A stretch of 64,000 nucleotides of DNA from Pseudomonadota bacterium. GTDB taxonomy: Bacteria; UBA10199; 2-02-FULL-44-16; JAAZCA01. Shown here in pieces: positions 38,407 to 49,350 of this stretch. A program made the position numbers and the translations under genes. Below the pieces are notes generated by a model. The model searched no databases, was not told the origin of the DNA, and worked only from the letters and a program-made list of their open reading frames with translations. The stretch lies in the NCBI GenBank assembly GCA_043798915.1, contig JAZDOG010000068.1, positions 498 through 64,497 of the forward strand. Reading direction: 5' to 3'. Each line of letters starts with the position of its first letter. Within the stretch, counting starts at the first letter, position 1.

Positions 38407-40005
38407 ATGAAGCACGAACATGCCCAAATCAGCAGGCGCGTCGGAACGGTGAGCTTCTACACGTTCCTGTCCCGCATCCTGGGGCTGGCGCGCGACTCCG
38501 TGATGGCCTGGGCCTTCGGGGCCACGCGCATCGCGGACGCTTTCTATGTCGCATTCCGCATCCCCAACCTCCTCAGGCGCCTGGTCGCGGAGGGTGCGCT
38601 CACGATCGCCTTCGTTCCGATCTACACCGAGCACCTGCGAAAGTCCCGAAGCGATGCGCGCGAGGCGGCCTCGGCTGTCTTCACGTATCTGTCGCTTTTC
38701 CTCGTGCTCCTCGTCGTCATGGGGATCGCATTCGCCCCGTGGCTCGTGAAGCTGATCGCATGGGGGTTCTGTAGCACCCCCGAAAAGTTCGATCTCACCG
38801 TCTATCTCACGCGCCTCATGTTCCCGTACATCTTCCTGATCAGCCTCGTGGCACTGGCGATGGGGATGCTCAATTCCCTCAAGCACTTCAGGGCGCCGGC
38901 AGCCTCGCCGATCCTGCTGAACGTGGGCATCATCTTCGGCGCCGTAGTCCTCTCGCGCTTCTTCGCGGTACCGGCGACCGGTCTCGCCCTGGGCGTCCTG
39001 CTCGGCGGCGTCATGCAGCTCGCCCTCCAGATACCGCCTCTCATGCGGGAAGGGATGCTGCCGCGCCTCAATTTCAACTGGCGGCATCCAGCCCTCAAAG
39101 GGCTTTTGCTCCTGATGGGCCCCTCGGCATTCGGGGCGGCGGTGTACCAGCTTAACGTGATCATAATCACGTTTATCGCCTCATTCCTCCCCGAGGGGAG
39201 CGTCTCGTATCTCTGGTACGCCGACCGCGTGTCCGAGTTTTCTCTGGGAATTTTTTCGATAGCCGTCGCCACCGCCGCGCTTCCGACCCTCTCCGAACAC
39301 GCCGCCGATGGAAATACTGGTGCGCTCAAGGAGACGATGAACTATTCGCTCAGGCTCGCGTTCCTGATAGATATCCCGGCCGCGGTCGGTCTGTTCATCC
39401 TTGCCAGGCCGGTCGTCTCCACGCTCTTCGAGCGAGGCGCGTTTACCCATGAGGCCACGGTCGCCACGGCGGGCGCTCTTGCGTTTTTCGCGCTGAAGAT
39501 ACCGTTCGTGTCGGGCGTCAGGAACCTCGTCCCGGGTTTTTTCTCCCTCAAGGATGCCAAGACCCCGGTCTTCACAGCCATCATCGCCGTCGTAGTCAAC
39601 ACCGTAGCGGCGGTTGTCCTGATGGGCAGGATGCTCCATCTGGGGTTGGCGCTTGCGCTCGTCGTGTCCTCGGCTGCTAACTTCTTCATCCTCCTCTATC
39701 TCTTCAGGCGAAAGGTCGGGATCATAGGCGGCATGAAGATCATAAAGTCGCTCGTCAAGACCTGTATCGCCAGTGGCGCGATGGCCGCTGTGCTCATCGC
39801 GATCATGCGCTTCACAGAGCAGTTTTTGGTTGGTTCGTTCCTGGCAAGGGCGGCCTATCTGCTCTCGCTCGTCCTCGTCGGCTCTATCGTATTCATAGCG
39901 ACGACGAGGCTGATAAACCCCGAGGAGTACAAGGCGCTCGCAGGCCTGATGGCGCGGCGAAAGAAAGTGGCAATCATCCCGCCACAGAACGGAATGCCTT
40001 CATAA
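38407..40005 (+). CDS. murJ: Lipid II flippase MurJ (MviN).
   Basis: The N-terminus [50 protein letters not shown] is the MurJ signature. There are 14 TM segments. Confidence 0.9.
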   Translation: MKHEHAQISRRVGTVSFYTFLSRILGLARDSVMAWAFGATRIADAFYVAFRIPNLLRRLVAEGALTIAFVPIYTEHLRKSRSDAREAASAVFTYLSLFLVLLVVMGIAFAPWLVKLIAWGFCSTPEKFDLTVYLTRLMFPYIFLISLVALAMGMLNSLKHFRAPAASPILLNVGIIFGAVVLSRFFAVPATGLALGVLLGGVMQLALQIPPLMREGMLPRLNFNWRHPALKGLLLLMGPSAFGAAVYQLNVIIITFIASFLPEGSVSYLWYADRVSEFSLGIFSIAVATAALPTLSEHAADGNTGALKETMNYSLRLAFLIDIPAAVGLFILARPVVSTLFERGAFTHEATVATAGALAFFALKIPFVSGVRNLVPGFFSLKDAKTPVFTAIIAVVVNTVAAVVLMGRMLHLGLALALVVSSAANFFILLYLFRRKVGIIGGMKIIKSLVKTCIASGAMAAVLIAIMRFTEQFLVGSFLARAAYLLSLVLVGSIVFIATTRLINPEEYKALAGLMARRKKVAIIPPQNGMPS

Positions 40006-40189
40006 AACTTTTGATCGATCGGTCGTATGTCCGCTCCGCCTCCGGCGGAAAGAGGCAGCCCGGCAACTCGTCGTTCTTCCTGTGATAAGCGATACACTCG
40101 CAGCAGCGCCCCTTGCGCGCGCACGGCTCATAGGTGCATGTGCAATCGATCTTAGTTTTCTGGCTTTTGCATTCCATTCGCTGCCTCAA
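39974..40189 (-). CDS. Small Cys-rich protein (71 aa, 8 Cys), possibly a zinc-binding or redox protein.
   Basis: Sequence shows [47 protein letters not shown].... Its non-GC-driven composition suggests a real gene. It overlaps the 3' ends of murJ (32 nt) and of the permease gene (38 nt). Confidence 0.4.
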   Translation of the reverse strand: MRQRMECKSQKTKIDCTCTYEPCARKGRCCECIAYHRKNDELPGCLFPPEAERTYDRSIKSFMKAFRSVAG

Positions 40190-41672
40190 TATATTTCCGC
40201 ATCACGCTCTTTCGCCGGCCATAGCTGAAGTAGATCACGAGCCCGATCAGGAGCCACACGAAGAGGCGCAGCCAGTTCTCCGACGGCAGCGAGAACATCA
40301 GCATCAGGCAAGAGGCTATGCCCAGGATCGGCACGACCGGGACGAACGGAACGCGGAAGGGCCGCGGCGTCTGCGGATTGGTCTTCCTCATGATGAGGAC
40401 CGCCAGACAGACCATGACGAACGCAAGGAGGGTGCCGATGTTGACGAGTTCCGCGAGGATCCTCAGGGGCACGACGGCCGCTGTGACGGCCACGAACGCG
40501 CCTGTGAGGATCGTCGATTTCCACGGCGTGCGGAAGCGCTCGTGCACGGATGCGAAGAAGCTTCGGGGCAGGAGCCCGTCTCGGGCCATGGCGAGCAGGA
40601 CGCGCGATTGCCCGAGCATCATGGCCATCAGCACGGAGGTGATGCCCGCGAGCGCGCCGAGGGCGATGATCAACTGCGCCCAGGGAAGCCCCACCTGTTT
40701 GAACGCCTCCGCAATCGGCGCGTCGATGTTGATCTGGTTATAGGGGACCATGCCGGTGATGATTGCGGAGACCGCTATGTAGAGCACCGTGCATATGAGC
40801 AGCGAGGCTATGATGCCGATCGGGATGTCGCGCTTCGGATTTACTGCCTCCTCCGCCTGCGTCGAGACCATGTCGAAGCCGATGTAAGCGAAGAAGATCA
40901 CCGCGGCGCCGGCCAGCATCCCGAGCGGTTGGCCGTTCGCGCTGGTTTGCCCCAGCACCGTCTTTCCAAAGATGCTCAGGCCCCCCAGTCCGAACGGGGC
41001 GAACGGATACCAGTTTTCAGGTTTCACGTAGAAGGCGCCGACCGCTATCACGAAGAAGACGACCGCGATCTTGATGGCCACCATGACAGCGTTGAGTCGG
41101 GCGCTCTCCTTGATACCTATGACGAGGATAGCGGTCAGGATCACTGTGATGATGATCGCCGGCAAATTGATGATCGTGCCTGTCGCTACTATCTGCCCGA
41201 TGGCTGTGTCGAAGTCGAACGGCGTCCTCGACAGGGCATAGGGGACATTGATGCCGAATATTCCTATGAGGTTTTGAAAATAATGCGACCAGCCGTGGGC
41301 GACCGCCGAGGAGGCCATCGCATATTCGATCACCAGGTCCCAGCCGATGATCCATGCGAAGAGCTCGCCCATCGTCGCGTATGCATATGTGTAAGCGGAG
41401 CCGGCGACCGGCGTCATCGCCGCGAATTCGGCGTAGCAGAGCGCGGCCATGATGCAGGCGAACCCCGAGACGACAAACGAGAGCATGAGCGCCGGGCCGG
41501 CCTTGTCGTGCGCGGCCACACCAGTGAGGACGAATATGCCCGTGCCGATGATACAGCCTATTCCCAGGGCCGTCAGCGCAACTGGCCCGAGCACCCTCTT
41601 GAGACGACCCGCTCCCTCCATCTCTTTGAGGATTAGCTCCACCGGTTTTCTTGCAAAGAGCTGGCCTTTCAT
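40152..41672 (-). CDS. APC-family amino acid permease.
   Basis: A 506-aa polytopic protein. The N-terminus [24 protein letters not shown] is typical of the AAT/CAT subfamily. Confidence 0.9.
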   Translation of the reverse strand: MKGQLFARKPVELILKEMEGAGRLKRVLGPVALTALGIGCIIGTGIFVLTGVAAHDKAGPALMLSFVVSGFACIMAALCYAEFAAMTPVAGSAYTYAYATMGELFAWIIGWDLVIEYAMASSAVAHGWSHYFQNLIGIFGINVPYALSRTPFDFDTAIGQIVATGTIINLPAIIITVILTAILVIGIKESARLNAVMVAIKIAVVFFVIAVGAFYVKPENWYPFAPFGLGGLSIFGKTVLGQTSANGQPLGMLAGAAVIFFAYIGFDMVSTQAEEAVNPKRDIPIGIIASLLICTVLYIAVSAIITGMVPYNQINIDAPIAEAFKQVGLPWAQLIIALGALAGITSVLMAMMLGQSRVLLAMARDGLLPRSFFASVHERFRTPWKSTILTGAFVAVTAAVVPLRILAELVNIGTLLAFVMVCLAVLIMRKTNPQTPRPFRVPFVPVVPILGIASCLMLMFSLPSENWLRLFVWLLIGLVIYFSYGRRKSVMRKYIEAANGMQKPEN

Positions 41673-41998
41673 TTTTCCCCCTTCCTCTTCAACATCAGAT
41701 CAATGATTCCGTAGGCCCACAAAAAAACGAGCGCGAGGATGCAGCGGAGGATAAGCCTCTTGTCTTCGACCCAAGCGCGCGAAATCGCCTCGAGCGCCGG
41801 CATGACAGAGTTGCTGGATGCGGAGAGCGTCTGCAGCGCATGAGAGACGGATATCGCAAAATACAGGATAGGGAGAAAGATGAAGATGATAGTGAGGACG
41901 CCGATCAGATATCCCTTTGTTTTGAGGCCCACCAGGACGTGCCCGCTCCCTGGCATTACGAACGCGTTCATGATGATTGCGAGTCTCCAGTTCTTCAT
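41669..41998 (-). CDS. Small integral membrane protein (109 aa, 3 TM).
   Basis: ATGA start/stop overlaps on both sides (mazG, permease) suggest a translationally coupled operon member. Confidence 0.5.
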   Translation of the reverse strand: MKNWRLAIIMNAFVMPGSGHVLVGLKTKGYLIGVLTIIFIFLPILYFAISVSHALQTLSASSNSVMPALEAISRAWVEDKRLILRCILALVFLWAYGIIDLMLKRKGEK

Positions 41999-42768
41999 GT
42001 CTTTTTCTTGGCCTCTTCCCAGTGATCATCCCATTCTTTTGCCGAAAGCGACTGAAGCGCGCGCCCGGTGCGCTTCGTCTCATCCTCAATGTGATTGAAG
42101 CGCCCCGTGAAGCGCTCGGTGGCGCGGCGGAGCGCTCCCTCCGGATCGATCCCCAGAAAGCGGCCGAGGTTGGCCATCGTGAAGAGGAGATCGCCGTACT
42201 CGTGATCGACAGCTGATTCGTCCTCGCTCTCCCTCGCCTCGTGCAACTCGCGCGCCTCCTCCTCGACCTTCGCGAGGATTCCCTCCGCGTCGGGCCAGTC
42301 GAAGCCAACGCGCGAGCTCTTCTCTCCGATCCGGTAGGCCTTGAGCAGAGCGGGCAGGGACCTCGGGACGCCGCCGAGAACGGATTCCTTGCCCTCCGAT
42401 TTTTTGAGCTCCTCCCAGCGCTTCAAGACCTCTCCCGATCCCGAGACCTTCGCGTCGCCGAATACGTGAGGATGCCGGTGGATGAGCTTCTTCGCGATCC
42501 CGTCGATGACATCGCATATATCGAAGCGCTTCTCTTCATCAGCAATCTGGGAATAGAAGAGGATCTGAAGGAGAAGGTCGCCCAGCTCTTCTCGGAGGCC
42601 GTCGAGGTCGTTCCGGTCTATCGCGTCGAGGACCTCGTGCGTCTCTTCGAGCGTATGCGCGGCGATGTCCTTATAGGACTGCTCGCGGTCCCACGGGCAG
42701 CCATCGGGCGCGCGCAATTTCGCCATTATCCCGACCAGCTCCTCGAATTTTTTGCCGATGTCAGTCAT
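41995..42768 (-). CDS. mazG: Nucleoside triphosphate pyrophosphohydrolase MazG.
   Basis: Sequence shows RAPDGCPWDREQSYKDIAAHTLEETHEV...LLFTMANLGRFLGIDPE, a tandem MazG domain. Confidence 0.85.
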   Translation of the reverse strand: MTDIGKKFEELVGIMAKLRAPDGCPWDREQSYKDIAAHTLEETHEVLDAIDRNDLDGLREELGDLLLQILFYSQIADEEKRFDICDVIDGIAKKLIHRHPHVFGDAKVSGSGEVLKRWEELKKSEGKESVLGGVPRSLPALLKAYRIGEKSSRVGFDWPDAEGILAKVEEEARELHEARESEDESAVDHEYGDLLFTMANLGRFLGIDPEGALRRATERFTGRFNHIEDETKRTGRALQSLSAKEWDDHWEEAKKKT

Positions 42769-43241
42769 CTGGTCAATTTCATGATCTCGTTGCGCGCGGA
42801 TGGAAATTTCTTCAGGAGAGTCTCTCTGTTTCCAAGCTCGAATTTTGAAAATTCAAAGCCGGGTGAAACCGTGCAGCCGACCAGCGCCCAGCTGCCCCCC
42901 TCATTCAGATAAGAGCCGAACCAGTCCCCCGCCGGCATGACATACTGTGGTACCTGCCCATTGGCAAAATTTGAGCCTATGACGGTCTTGATCACGCTGC
43001 CCTCGTCCAAAATTTGGACTATAGTGATGGGGTCGCCGGCGTAGAAGTGCCACAGCTCATCGGAATCGATCCGGTGCAGGGCGGAGAAAGACTCAGGGAC
43101 GAGCATAAAATATATCGCGGTCGAGCAACTTCTACCTCCGAATTTGCCGCCCGACCTGTACGTCTCGCGATAATACCCGCCCTCCGGATGTGGTTTCAGA
43201 TCCAGGGACTTGGCTATCTCTTTCGCTGTTTGCTTGCTCAT
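42765..43241 (-). CDS. Cupin-domain protein (DUF985, cupin_5-like).
   Basis: Sequence shows LDLKPHPEGGYYRETYRS...TAIYFML, a cupin beta-barrel. A GGGAGGA RBS before the second ATG (43241) favours that start. Confidence 0.7.
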   Translation of the reverse strand: MSKQTAKEIAKSLDLKPHPEGGYYRETYRSGGKFGGRSCSTAIYFMLVPESFSALHRIDSDELWHFYAGDPITIVQILDEGSVIKTVIGSNFANGQVPQYVMPAGDWFGSYLNEGGSWALVGCTVSPGFEFSKFELGNRETLLKKFPSARNEIMKLTR

Positions 43242-43365
43242 GCATCCTCCCATGCAACCCTGTTCCGTCTGTACATAACTTCAGGCCATTTGCCAAACAA
43301 AAACCCGGTGACAACGCTATTTTATCCATTGCATTTCGCGCTGTTGCACAGCATTATCTCGCGCC

Positions 43366-43821
43366 GTGATACTTCTCAAGAGTTACTTCATAGATACAAC
43401 CGAAGAGGTCGACGTAATCTCTATAATACACGAGATAAACCGAACCATTCGGGAGGCAGGGGTTCAGGATGGCCTCATGACTGTGGCTATTCCTGCGCCA
43501 GGCGGCGCGGTGACAGTCCTCGAACCGCTCCCCGATATCGTGCAGCAGTTCAAAGAGGCGATCCGCGTCTTCCCCGGAGAGGGGATGGAGGTCAGGAACA
43601 AACGCAAGGAGGATATCTCCGTGAGTCCACGGGTCACGGCTGCGATGATCGGCAAGACGCTTCAGGTCCCGATCGGCGGCGGAAAGCTGATGCTCGGGCC
43701 GCGCGAGGAGGTCGTCCTGATCGACATCGAACGGAACGGCCGGAGGAGGGAGTTCTGCGTGCAGATCATGGGCGAAGCCGCCGAGGCGAAGGAGCAGAAA
43801 GGCCAGACGAGGAGAAAGTAA
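43366..43821 (+). CDS. YjbQ/UPF0047-family protein.
   Basis: The C-terminus ...LQVPIGGGKLMLGPREEVVLIDIERNGRRREFCVQIMGE matches the YjbQ family. GTG start, no clear RBS. Confidence 0.55.
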   Translation: MILLKSYFIDTTEEVDVISIIHEINRTIREAGVQDGLMTVAIPAPGGAVTVLEPLPDIVQQFKEAIRVFPGEGMEVRNKRKEDISVSPRVTAAMIGKTLQVPIGGGKLMLGPREEVVLIDIERNGRRREFCVQIMGEAAEAKEQKGQTRRK

Positions 43822-43852
43822 CAGCGTCTGCCAACGAAGGACGAGGGGAATA

Positions 43853-46276
43853 ATGGCTAACTCGCCGATCAAAAAATTCGCCGATCTTCTAAAAAGGTTC
43901 GGCGGCGGTTGTTTTGAAAATATGCAGGCGCTGCTCAGCGGGAAAGCTGTGTCATGGCTGGGTTTCATCGCGCTTGCGATCGCAGCGACAAGTCTTGCGA
44001 CCGTCTCCATTCAGCGAATTCCGACGAACCTCACGGAGGGGATGATCGCCGCGCGCAACATCAAGGCGGATCGCAACTACGAGATCATTGACGATGAGGC
44101 CACGCAGAAGTTCAAGGACGACGCGACATCGGGCATCCTGCCGATCTATGACTTCGATGAGCGCGTGGGAAAAAGCATAGAGGAGCGCATCCGCGATGCC
44201 TTTGTAAACGCGAGGCACAGCCTTGAAACGCCCACCAACTCAGAGCAGGAGATCAACGCCGCTTTCGCCGAGAAGCTCGGCGTCGCGCCCACGTCGGTCC
44301 AGATGCAGGCCCTGATGACCGAGCAATTCAGCCTGCATGCCGAGACGGTGCTCGCCGGCCTCTTGCGCAGGGTCATGTCGCAGCCGATTGTGCCCGAAAG
44401 GGCATCGCTGGATGCCCTGAAGGAAAAAGGGATCATTTTGAGGCGGATAGCGCTTGTCGCTGCGGGCGAACGTGGCGAACCGGGCGAGCGTTTCGTCGAG
44501 AAGACAATCACGGATGTGAGCCGGATTCGTTCCACCGACGAGGCCAGACAGGGGATAGAAAAAAATCCCATTGTGACGGCTGGCTTCAAGAGCCCTGACA
44601 CGGCCTCCGCAATCGTCGCCCTGGCCGGCCTCCTGATCGATCCGAACTGCCTGATGAACAGGGAAGAGACCGACAGAAGGAGGGAGGAAGCGGCGGCGGG
44701 CGTCAAGAGCGTGATCCTCAAGGTCAATGCCGGCGAGATGATCGTCCGCGAGGGCTCGCGCTATGAGCCATGGCAGATCAAGGTGCTGCACGGCATACAG
44801 AAGGAACGCCGCCGGGGCATGTACTCGATTGAGTTCCTCGGCACGTCGATCCTGGTGTTTCTCTTCATGCTCGTCCCTTTTTATCTGGCCGAAAAGTTTT
44901 TCAAAAGGGTGCACGCCACCCGCTCGGACCATCTCCTCATGGCGGTCGTGGGGCTCTCGATACTCGCCATCATGCGGCTTTCCCTCATACTGGCGCCGGC
45001 AGTCCACGATGCGATCTTCTTCAGCGTCCCCACGTCTGCTCTGGTCTATGCCATACCGATCGCCGGGGGCGCGATGCTGATCAGGATGTTTCTCGGTCCG
45101 GAGATCACGCTCGTGTTCGCCCTGGCCTTGAGCGGGATCGCAGGTTTGTTTGCCGAGACCGACGCGCGGTTTGTGGCCTTCTGTTTCATCGGCAGCTGCG
45201 CGGCCATCATGGGCATAGCGGAGGCCGACCGCCGCAGCAGGATCCTCATGGCAGGGGCGATCACAGGCGCCGTGGGGGCCGTCGCTGTCGCGGGCATATC
45301 GCTCGTTGCGATGGCCTCAGGCACCGGAACGCTTTCGGCGGCCGATCTCGCATGGGGTGTCGTGTTTGCGCTCGTCGGAGGTGTCGGCTGCTCCATCTTC
45401 ACGATGATCGTGGCGCCGGTCGTGGAATCGGTGTCCGGCTACACCTCGGACATCAAGCTCCTGGAACTTGCAAACCTCAATCATCCTCTGCTCCGCGAAC
45501 TCATCGTGCGCGCGCCAGGCACCTACCACCACTCTCATATGGTGGGCATCCTGTGCGAGGCTGCCGCAGAGGCGATAGGCGCCAAGGCACTCCTCGTGCG
45601 TGTCGGCGCATATTACCACGACATAGGCAAGATGAAGAAACCCTTCTATTTTGTGGAGAACGCAAAACCGGGCGAGAACAAACATGAGCGCCTGACGCCG
45701 CACATGTCCGCCCTCATCGTCGCAGCCCACGTGAAGGACGGCGAGGAAATGGCCGCCTCCGGCAGAATTCCCAAGGTGATCACCGACATGATTCCGGAGC
45801 ACCACGGCACCCGCCTCATTAGTTTCTTCTACGAGAAGGCGAAGGAGAAAGAGAAGGAGGAAGGGGCGGAGCAGAAGTCCGATCCCAAGGATTTTGCTTA
45901 TATGGGTCCCAAACCGCAGAGTCGCGAGGCCGCGATACTCATGCTCGCCGATGCGACTGAGGCGGCGGTGAGGGCGCTCAAGGAGAAGAGTTCCACGCGC
46001 ATACAGCAGACTGTGCAGCGCGTGATCACTGAGATATTTGCCGAGAAACAGCTGGACGAATGCGAGATCACGCTCAAGGACTTGAACGAAATCTCTCGCG
46101 CGTTCGTGCGCATACTGCTGGGCATCTATCATGCCCGCATCGAATACCCGAAGGACACCGAGCATGAGAAGCCGGAGAAGAGCATCGTCGACGAGACCTC
46201 GACGGGCGCGGATACTGCTGACAAACAGCCACCCGCGCCTCAGGGCCGGCACGGCAGCGGTCAAGCGGGCGCTTGA
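43853..46276 (+). CDS. 7TM receptor with intracellular HD hydrolase (PgpH/YqfF-like, a putative cyclic-dinucleotide phosphodiesterase).
   Basis: Present are an extracellular 7TMR-HDED region, a 7TM block and an HD domain (HHSHMVGILCE...YYHDIGKM...PEHHGT). Confidence 0.8.
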   Translation: MANSPIKKFADLLKRFGGGCFENMQALLSGKAVSWLGFIALAIAATSLATVSIQRIPTNLTEGMIAARNIKADRNYEIIDDEATQKFKDDATSGILPIYDFDERVGKSIEERIRDAFVNARHSLETPTNSEQEINAAFAEKLGVAPTSVQMQALMTEQFSLHAETVLAGLLRRVMSQPIVPERASLDALKEKGIILRRIALVAAGERGEPGERFVEKTITDVSRIRSTDEARQGIEKNPIVTAGFKSPDTASAIVALAGLLIDPNCLMNREETDRRREEAAAGVKSVILKVNAGEMIVREGSRYEPWQIKVLHGIQKERRRGMYSIEFLGTSILVFLFMLVPFYLAEKFFKRVHATRSDHLLMAVVGLSILAIMRLSLILAPAVHDAIFFSVPTSALVYAIPIAGGAMLIRMFLGPEITLVFALALSGIAGLFAETDARFVAFCFIGSCAAIMGIAEADRRSRILMAGAITGAVGAVAVAGISLVAMASGTGTLSAADLAWGVVFALVGGVGCSIFTMIVAPVVESVSGYTSDIKLLELANLNHPLLRELIVRAPGTYHHSHMVGILCEAAAEAIGAKALLVRVGAYYHDIGKMKKPFYFVENAKPGENKHERLTPHMSALIVAAHVKDGEEMAASGRIPKVITDMIPEHHGTRLISFFYEKAKEKEKEEGAEQKSDPKDFAYMGPKPQSREAAILMLADATEAAVRALKEKSSTRIQQTVQRVITEIFAEKQLDECEITLKDLNEISRAFVRILLGIYHARIEYPKDTEHEKPEKSIVDETSTGADTADKQPPAPQGRHGSGQAGA

Positions 46277-46619
46277 TCGCTTGACCTGCAGGTCCGGAGG
46301 ATGGGTCAGCATCGTCTTCATCGACGACCGCAGCATAGCCGCGCTCGCCGGCAGATTTCGGGAGGAAGGGCGCGCTACGGACGTGCTTGCGTTTGATTAT
46401 ACGCCCGACGCACAGAAGGGAAGCCTGTCTGGAGAAATCTTCATCTCGCTCGACACGGCGCTCCGCCAGGCCCGCGAGCGGGCGATGCCGGTGGAGAAGG
46501 AGCTCATCCTCCTTTCCGTGCACGGCCTCCTTCACCTTTCTGGATTGGGCGATGAAACGCGCAGCGAGTGGCGCGCGATGCGGAGGGCGGAGTTTGAAAC
46601 GATGATGCAAATTGTATAA
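46164..46619 (+). CDS. ybeY: Endoribonuclease YbeY (rRNA maturation). Start uncertain.
   Basis: The zinc-binding motif HGLLHLSGLGDE and VSIVFIDD are present. The frame is open from 46131. Any ATG start overlaps the upstream gene by more than 100 nt. The ybeY-lnt adjacency is conserved. Confidence 0.7.
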   Translation: MRSRRRASSTRPRRARILLTNSHPRLRAGTAAVKRALDRLTCRSGGWVSIVFIDDRSIAALAGRFREEGRATDVLAFDYTPDAQKGSLSGEIFISLDTALRQARERAMPVEKELILLSVHGLLHLSGLGDETRSEWRAMRRAEFETMMQIV

Positions 46620-46637
46620 AAGTTATCGGAGAATACA

Positions 46638-48206
46638 TTGGCTATGAAAAAGACACATCAGATACTGCTCGCGGTGCTCAGCGGCATACTGGTCTGCATC
46701 TCGTTCCCGACGCTCATCGCAGGCGTCCATCTCCCGGAGATGGGGTGGGTGGCATGGATTGCGCTCGTGCCGCTCATCATAGCCTTGCGCCGGGCTTCCC
46801 CAAGGAGGGCATTTTCGCTCGCGTTCCTCTCCGCCATCATATGGTACGGCGGGTCGCTCTTCTGGGTCTACAGGGCCATGCACACATTCGGCCATCTGCC
46901 GGCGTTCACGAGCCTGCTCGTCCTCCTGCTGCTGGTGCTGGTCGTCGCCGCCTACACAGCCCTGGCTCCGATGCTCGCCAGGTTCATCGAATCGCGCTTC
47001 CGCGGCGAACTCATCGTCTGGCTCCCGGCGGCATGGACGGCCGTCGAGATCCTGCGCAATTACGGGCCGTGCAACGGCTTTCCGTGGTCGAACCTCGCAA
47101 TGTCGCAATGGCGCCTGCTCCCCCTCATCCAGATAGCGGATCTCGTGGGCATCTACGGGATCATCTTCCTCATCGTCTGGTTCAATGTCATGGTGGCGGA
47201 GATCATCCTGAAAATTCGCGGCGAGGAGGTCCGATTCTTTATCCCGAAGATCGCGATGACCGCTCTGCTCACCGTGTCCGTTCTCTGCTACGGTCTGATC
47301 AGGCTCCATACATTGCCGCGCTCGATCGCCTCATTTCCTTCGCTCTCTGTGGGAATCGTGCAGGGCAACATCGCCCAGGAGGAGAAGTGGGACAAGGAGA
47401 AGGCAAGCGCCAATCTGGCTATCCTTCGCGCGGGTTCGAAGAGGCTTGCCGACTCCGGCGTCGAGATGATCGTCTGGCCGGAATCTTCCTTTCCATGGCC
47501 CGTGGAAACAAACAACACCCAGATCGATCCGATAGCGCTCGGCCTCGTCAGTGGATTGGGCAATACCCCGTACACGCTCTTCGGCGCGATATCAGAGACG
47601 CCTGACGGCAACTATTACAACAGCGCGCTCCTCTTCGACGGCGAGGGCGCCGTCATCGGCCGTTATCACAAGGCGCACCTCGTGCCATTCGGCGAATACG
47701 TGCCTTACGGCAAGCTGCTCTTCTTTGCGAAGAAGCTGACGCAGCCGGTGGGGAATTTCATCGAAGGCGAGACATCTGAGCCGCTGGTTGCCGGGTTCAA
47801 CAAGGCGGGAATACTCATCTGCTACGAGGATATATTCCCCGAGATAGCCCGGAATGAGACGCTGTCGGGCGCCGGATTCTTCGCAAACCTCACGAACGAC
47901 GCATGGTATGGCGTATCATCGGCACCGTACCAGCACCTGGCGCTCTCGGTCTTTCGCGCGGTCGAGAACAGGAGATTCCTGATCCGCGCCACAAACAGCG
48001 GCGTCTCTGCGGTGGTGATGCCCACGGGGCAGACCACGGTCGAGTCGGGGATCTTCGAGCGCGCGCTGATAGTTTCGCCGATCGCGGCCATCGACACGCT
48101 CTCGCCATACACGCTCTATGGCGATTGGTTCGCGTGGGCCTGTGTGGCATATACGATCTTTGGTGCCATGATGGCATTTGTTGTTAAATTGAAGAAGCGA
48201 TATTAA
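46638..48206 (+). CDS. lnt: Apolipoprotein N-acyltransferase.
   Basis: Present are an N-terminal multi-TM domain and a CN-hydrolase domain (ILICYEDIFPE with the catalytic Cys). A possible ATG start lies at 46644. Confidence 0.9.
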   Translation: MAMKKTHQILLAVLSGILVCISFPTLIAGVHLPEMGWVAWIALVPLIIALRRASPRRAFSLAFLSAIIWYGGSLFWVYRAMHTFGHLPAFTSLLVLLLLVLVVAAYTALAPMLARFIESRFRGELIVWLPAAWTAVEILRNYGPCNGFPWSNLAMSQWRLLPLIQIADLVGIYGIIFLIVWFNVMVAEIILKIRGEEVRFFIPKIAMTALLTVSVLCYGLIRLHTLPRSIASFPSLSVGIVQGNIAQEEKWDKEKASANLAILRAGSKRLADSGVEMIVWPESSFPWPVETNNTQIDPIALGLVSGLGNTPYTLFGAISETPDGNYYNSALLFDGEGAVIGRYHKAHLVPFGEYVPYGKLLFFAKKLTQPVGNFIEGETSEPLVAGFNKAGILICYEDIFPEIARNETLSGAGFFANLTNDAWYGVSSAPYQHLALSVFRAVENRRFLIRATNSGVSAVVMPTGQTTVESGIFERALIVSPIAAIDTLSPYTLYGDWFAWACVAYTIFGAMMAFVVKLKKRY

Positions 48207-48218
48207 ACAGGGGGTTGT

Positions 48219-49329
48219 ATGAGCAAGGAACTCAAGGAAAAGTTTGAAATGCTGCAGCAGAAACTCACCGCCATCCGGGGGCATCTTTGACGTAGAGGGA
48301 AAGCGCAGGCGCATGGCAGAGATAGACTCTCTCGCCCATGACCCATCGTTCTGGAACGACACGCGCGCAGCTGGAAAACTCACGAAGGAGCGGGAGGGAC
48401 TCGCCTCCGTGCTGGCTTCATACGAGAGGCAGGTGAAGGCGCTCGCCGACGCCGATGCGATCCTGGAGCTCTCAGAGTCCGGTGAGACCGGGGATCTGGT
48501 GGGCGAAGCCCTGGCCGAGCTGGACGGGGTGGAGAAGGCGATCGCGGAGATGGAGTTCGCTCGTATGCTCTCGGGCGAGCTGGACCGCAACAGCGCGATC
48601 CTCTTCATCAATGCCGGCGCCGGCGGCACCGAGGCCTGCGACTGGGCGGAGATGCTGCTGCGTATGTACAGGCGCTGGGCAGAGGCCAAGGGATATTCAA
48701 ATAATGTCGTCGACTTCACGCCGGGCGACGGCGCCGGCTTCAGGAGCGTCACCTTGACGGTCGAGGGCGAGTACGCCTACGGCTATCTCAGGGCGGAGAA
48801 CGGCGTCCACAGGCTCGTCCGCATCTCGCCCTTCGACGCCAACAAGCGCCGCCACACATCCTTCGCGTCCGTGTTCGTCTTCCCCGAGATCGAGGACGAC
48901 ATCGAAGTCGAGATACGCGACGAGGACCTGCGCATCGACACATACCGGGCCGGCGGCGCCGGCGGCCAGCACGTCAACAAGACCGACTCCGCCGTCCGCA
49001 TCACGCATCTGCCCACCAACATCGTGGTCGCCTGTCAGAACGAGCGCAGCCAGCACCAGAACAAGGCGGTGGCGATGCGCGTCCTGCGCTCGAAGCTCTA
49101 CGAGCTTGAGGTGGAGAAGCGCAAGGCGGATCAGGCGGAACTTGAGAAGGGGAAGAAGAAGATCGAATGGGGCTCGCAGATCCGCTCCTATGTCCTGCAG
49201 CCCTATCGACTCATCAAGGACCATCGCACAGGGGTCGAGGTCGGCAACGTCGACGCGGTCCTCGACGGCGATATAGACGGCTTCATAAGGGAGTTTCTCC
49301 TCCACAGCAATGGCTACAAAAAATTTTAA
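48219..49329 (+). CDS. prfB: Peptide chain release factor 2, with programmed +1 ribosomal frameshift at CTT TGA C (48285-48291).
   Basis: Frame 0 reads [23 protein letters not shown]. The +1 frame continues DVEGK... through SPF and GGQ ([14 protein letters not shown]). An internal SD-like GGGGG lies 3 nt upstream of CUU UGA, the classic prfB autoregulatory site. Confidence 0.9.
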
Positions 49330-49350
49330 TAAAGACAGGTATGTCTTTCC
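49330..49350. terminator. Weak AT-rich hairpin between convergent prfB and the histidine kinase gene (possible bidirectional terminator).
   Basis: Read directly: aaagaca-ggta-tgtcttt in a T/A-rich context. The stem is only 7 bp. Confidence 0.3.
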
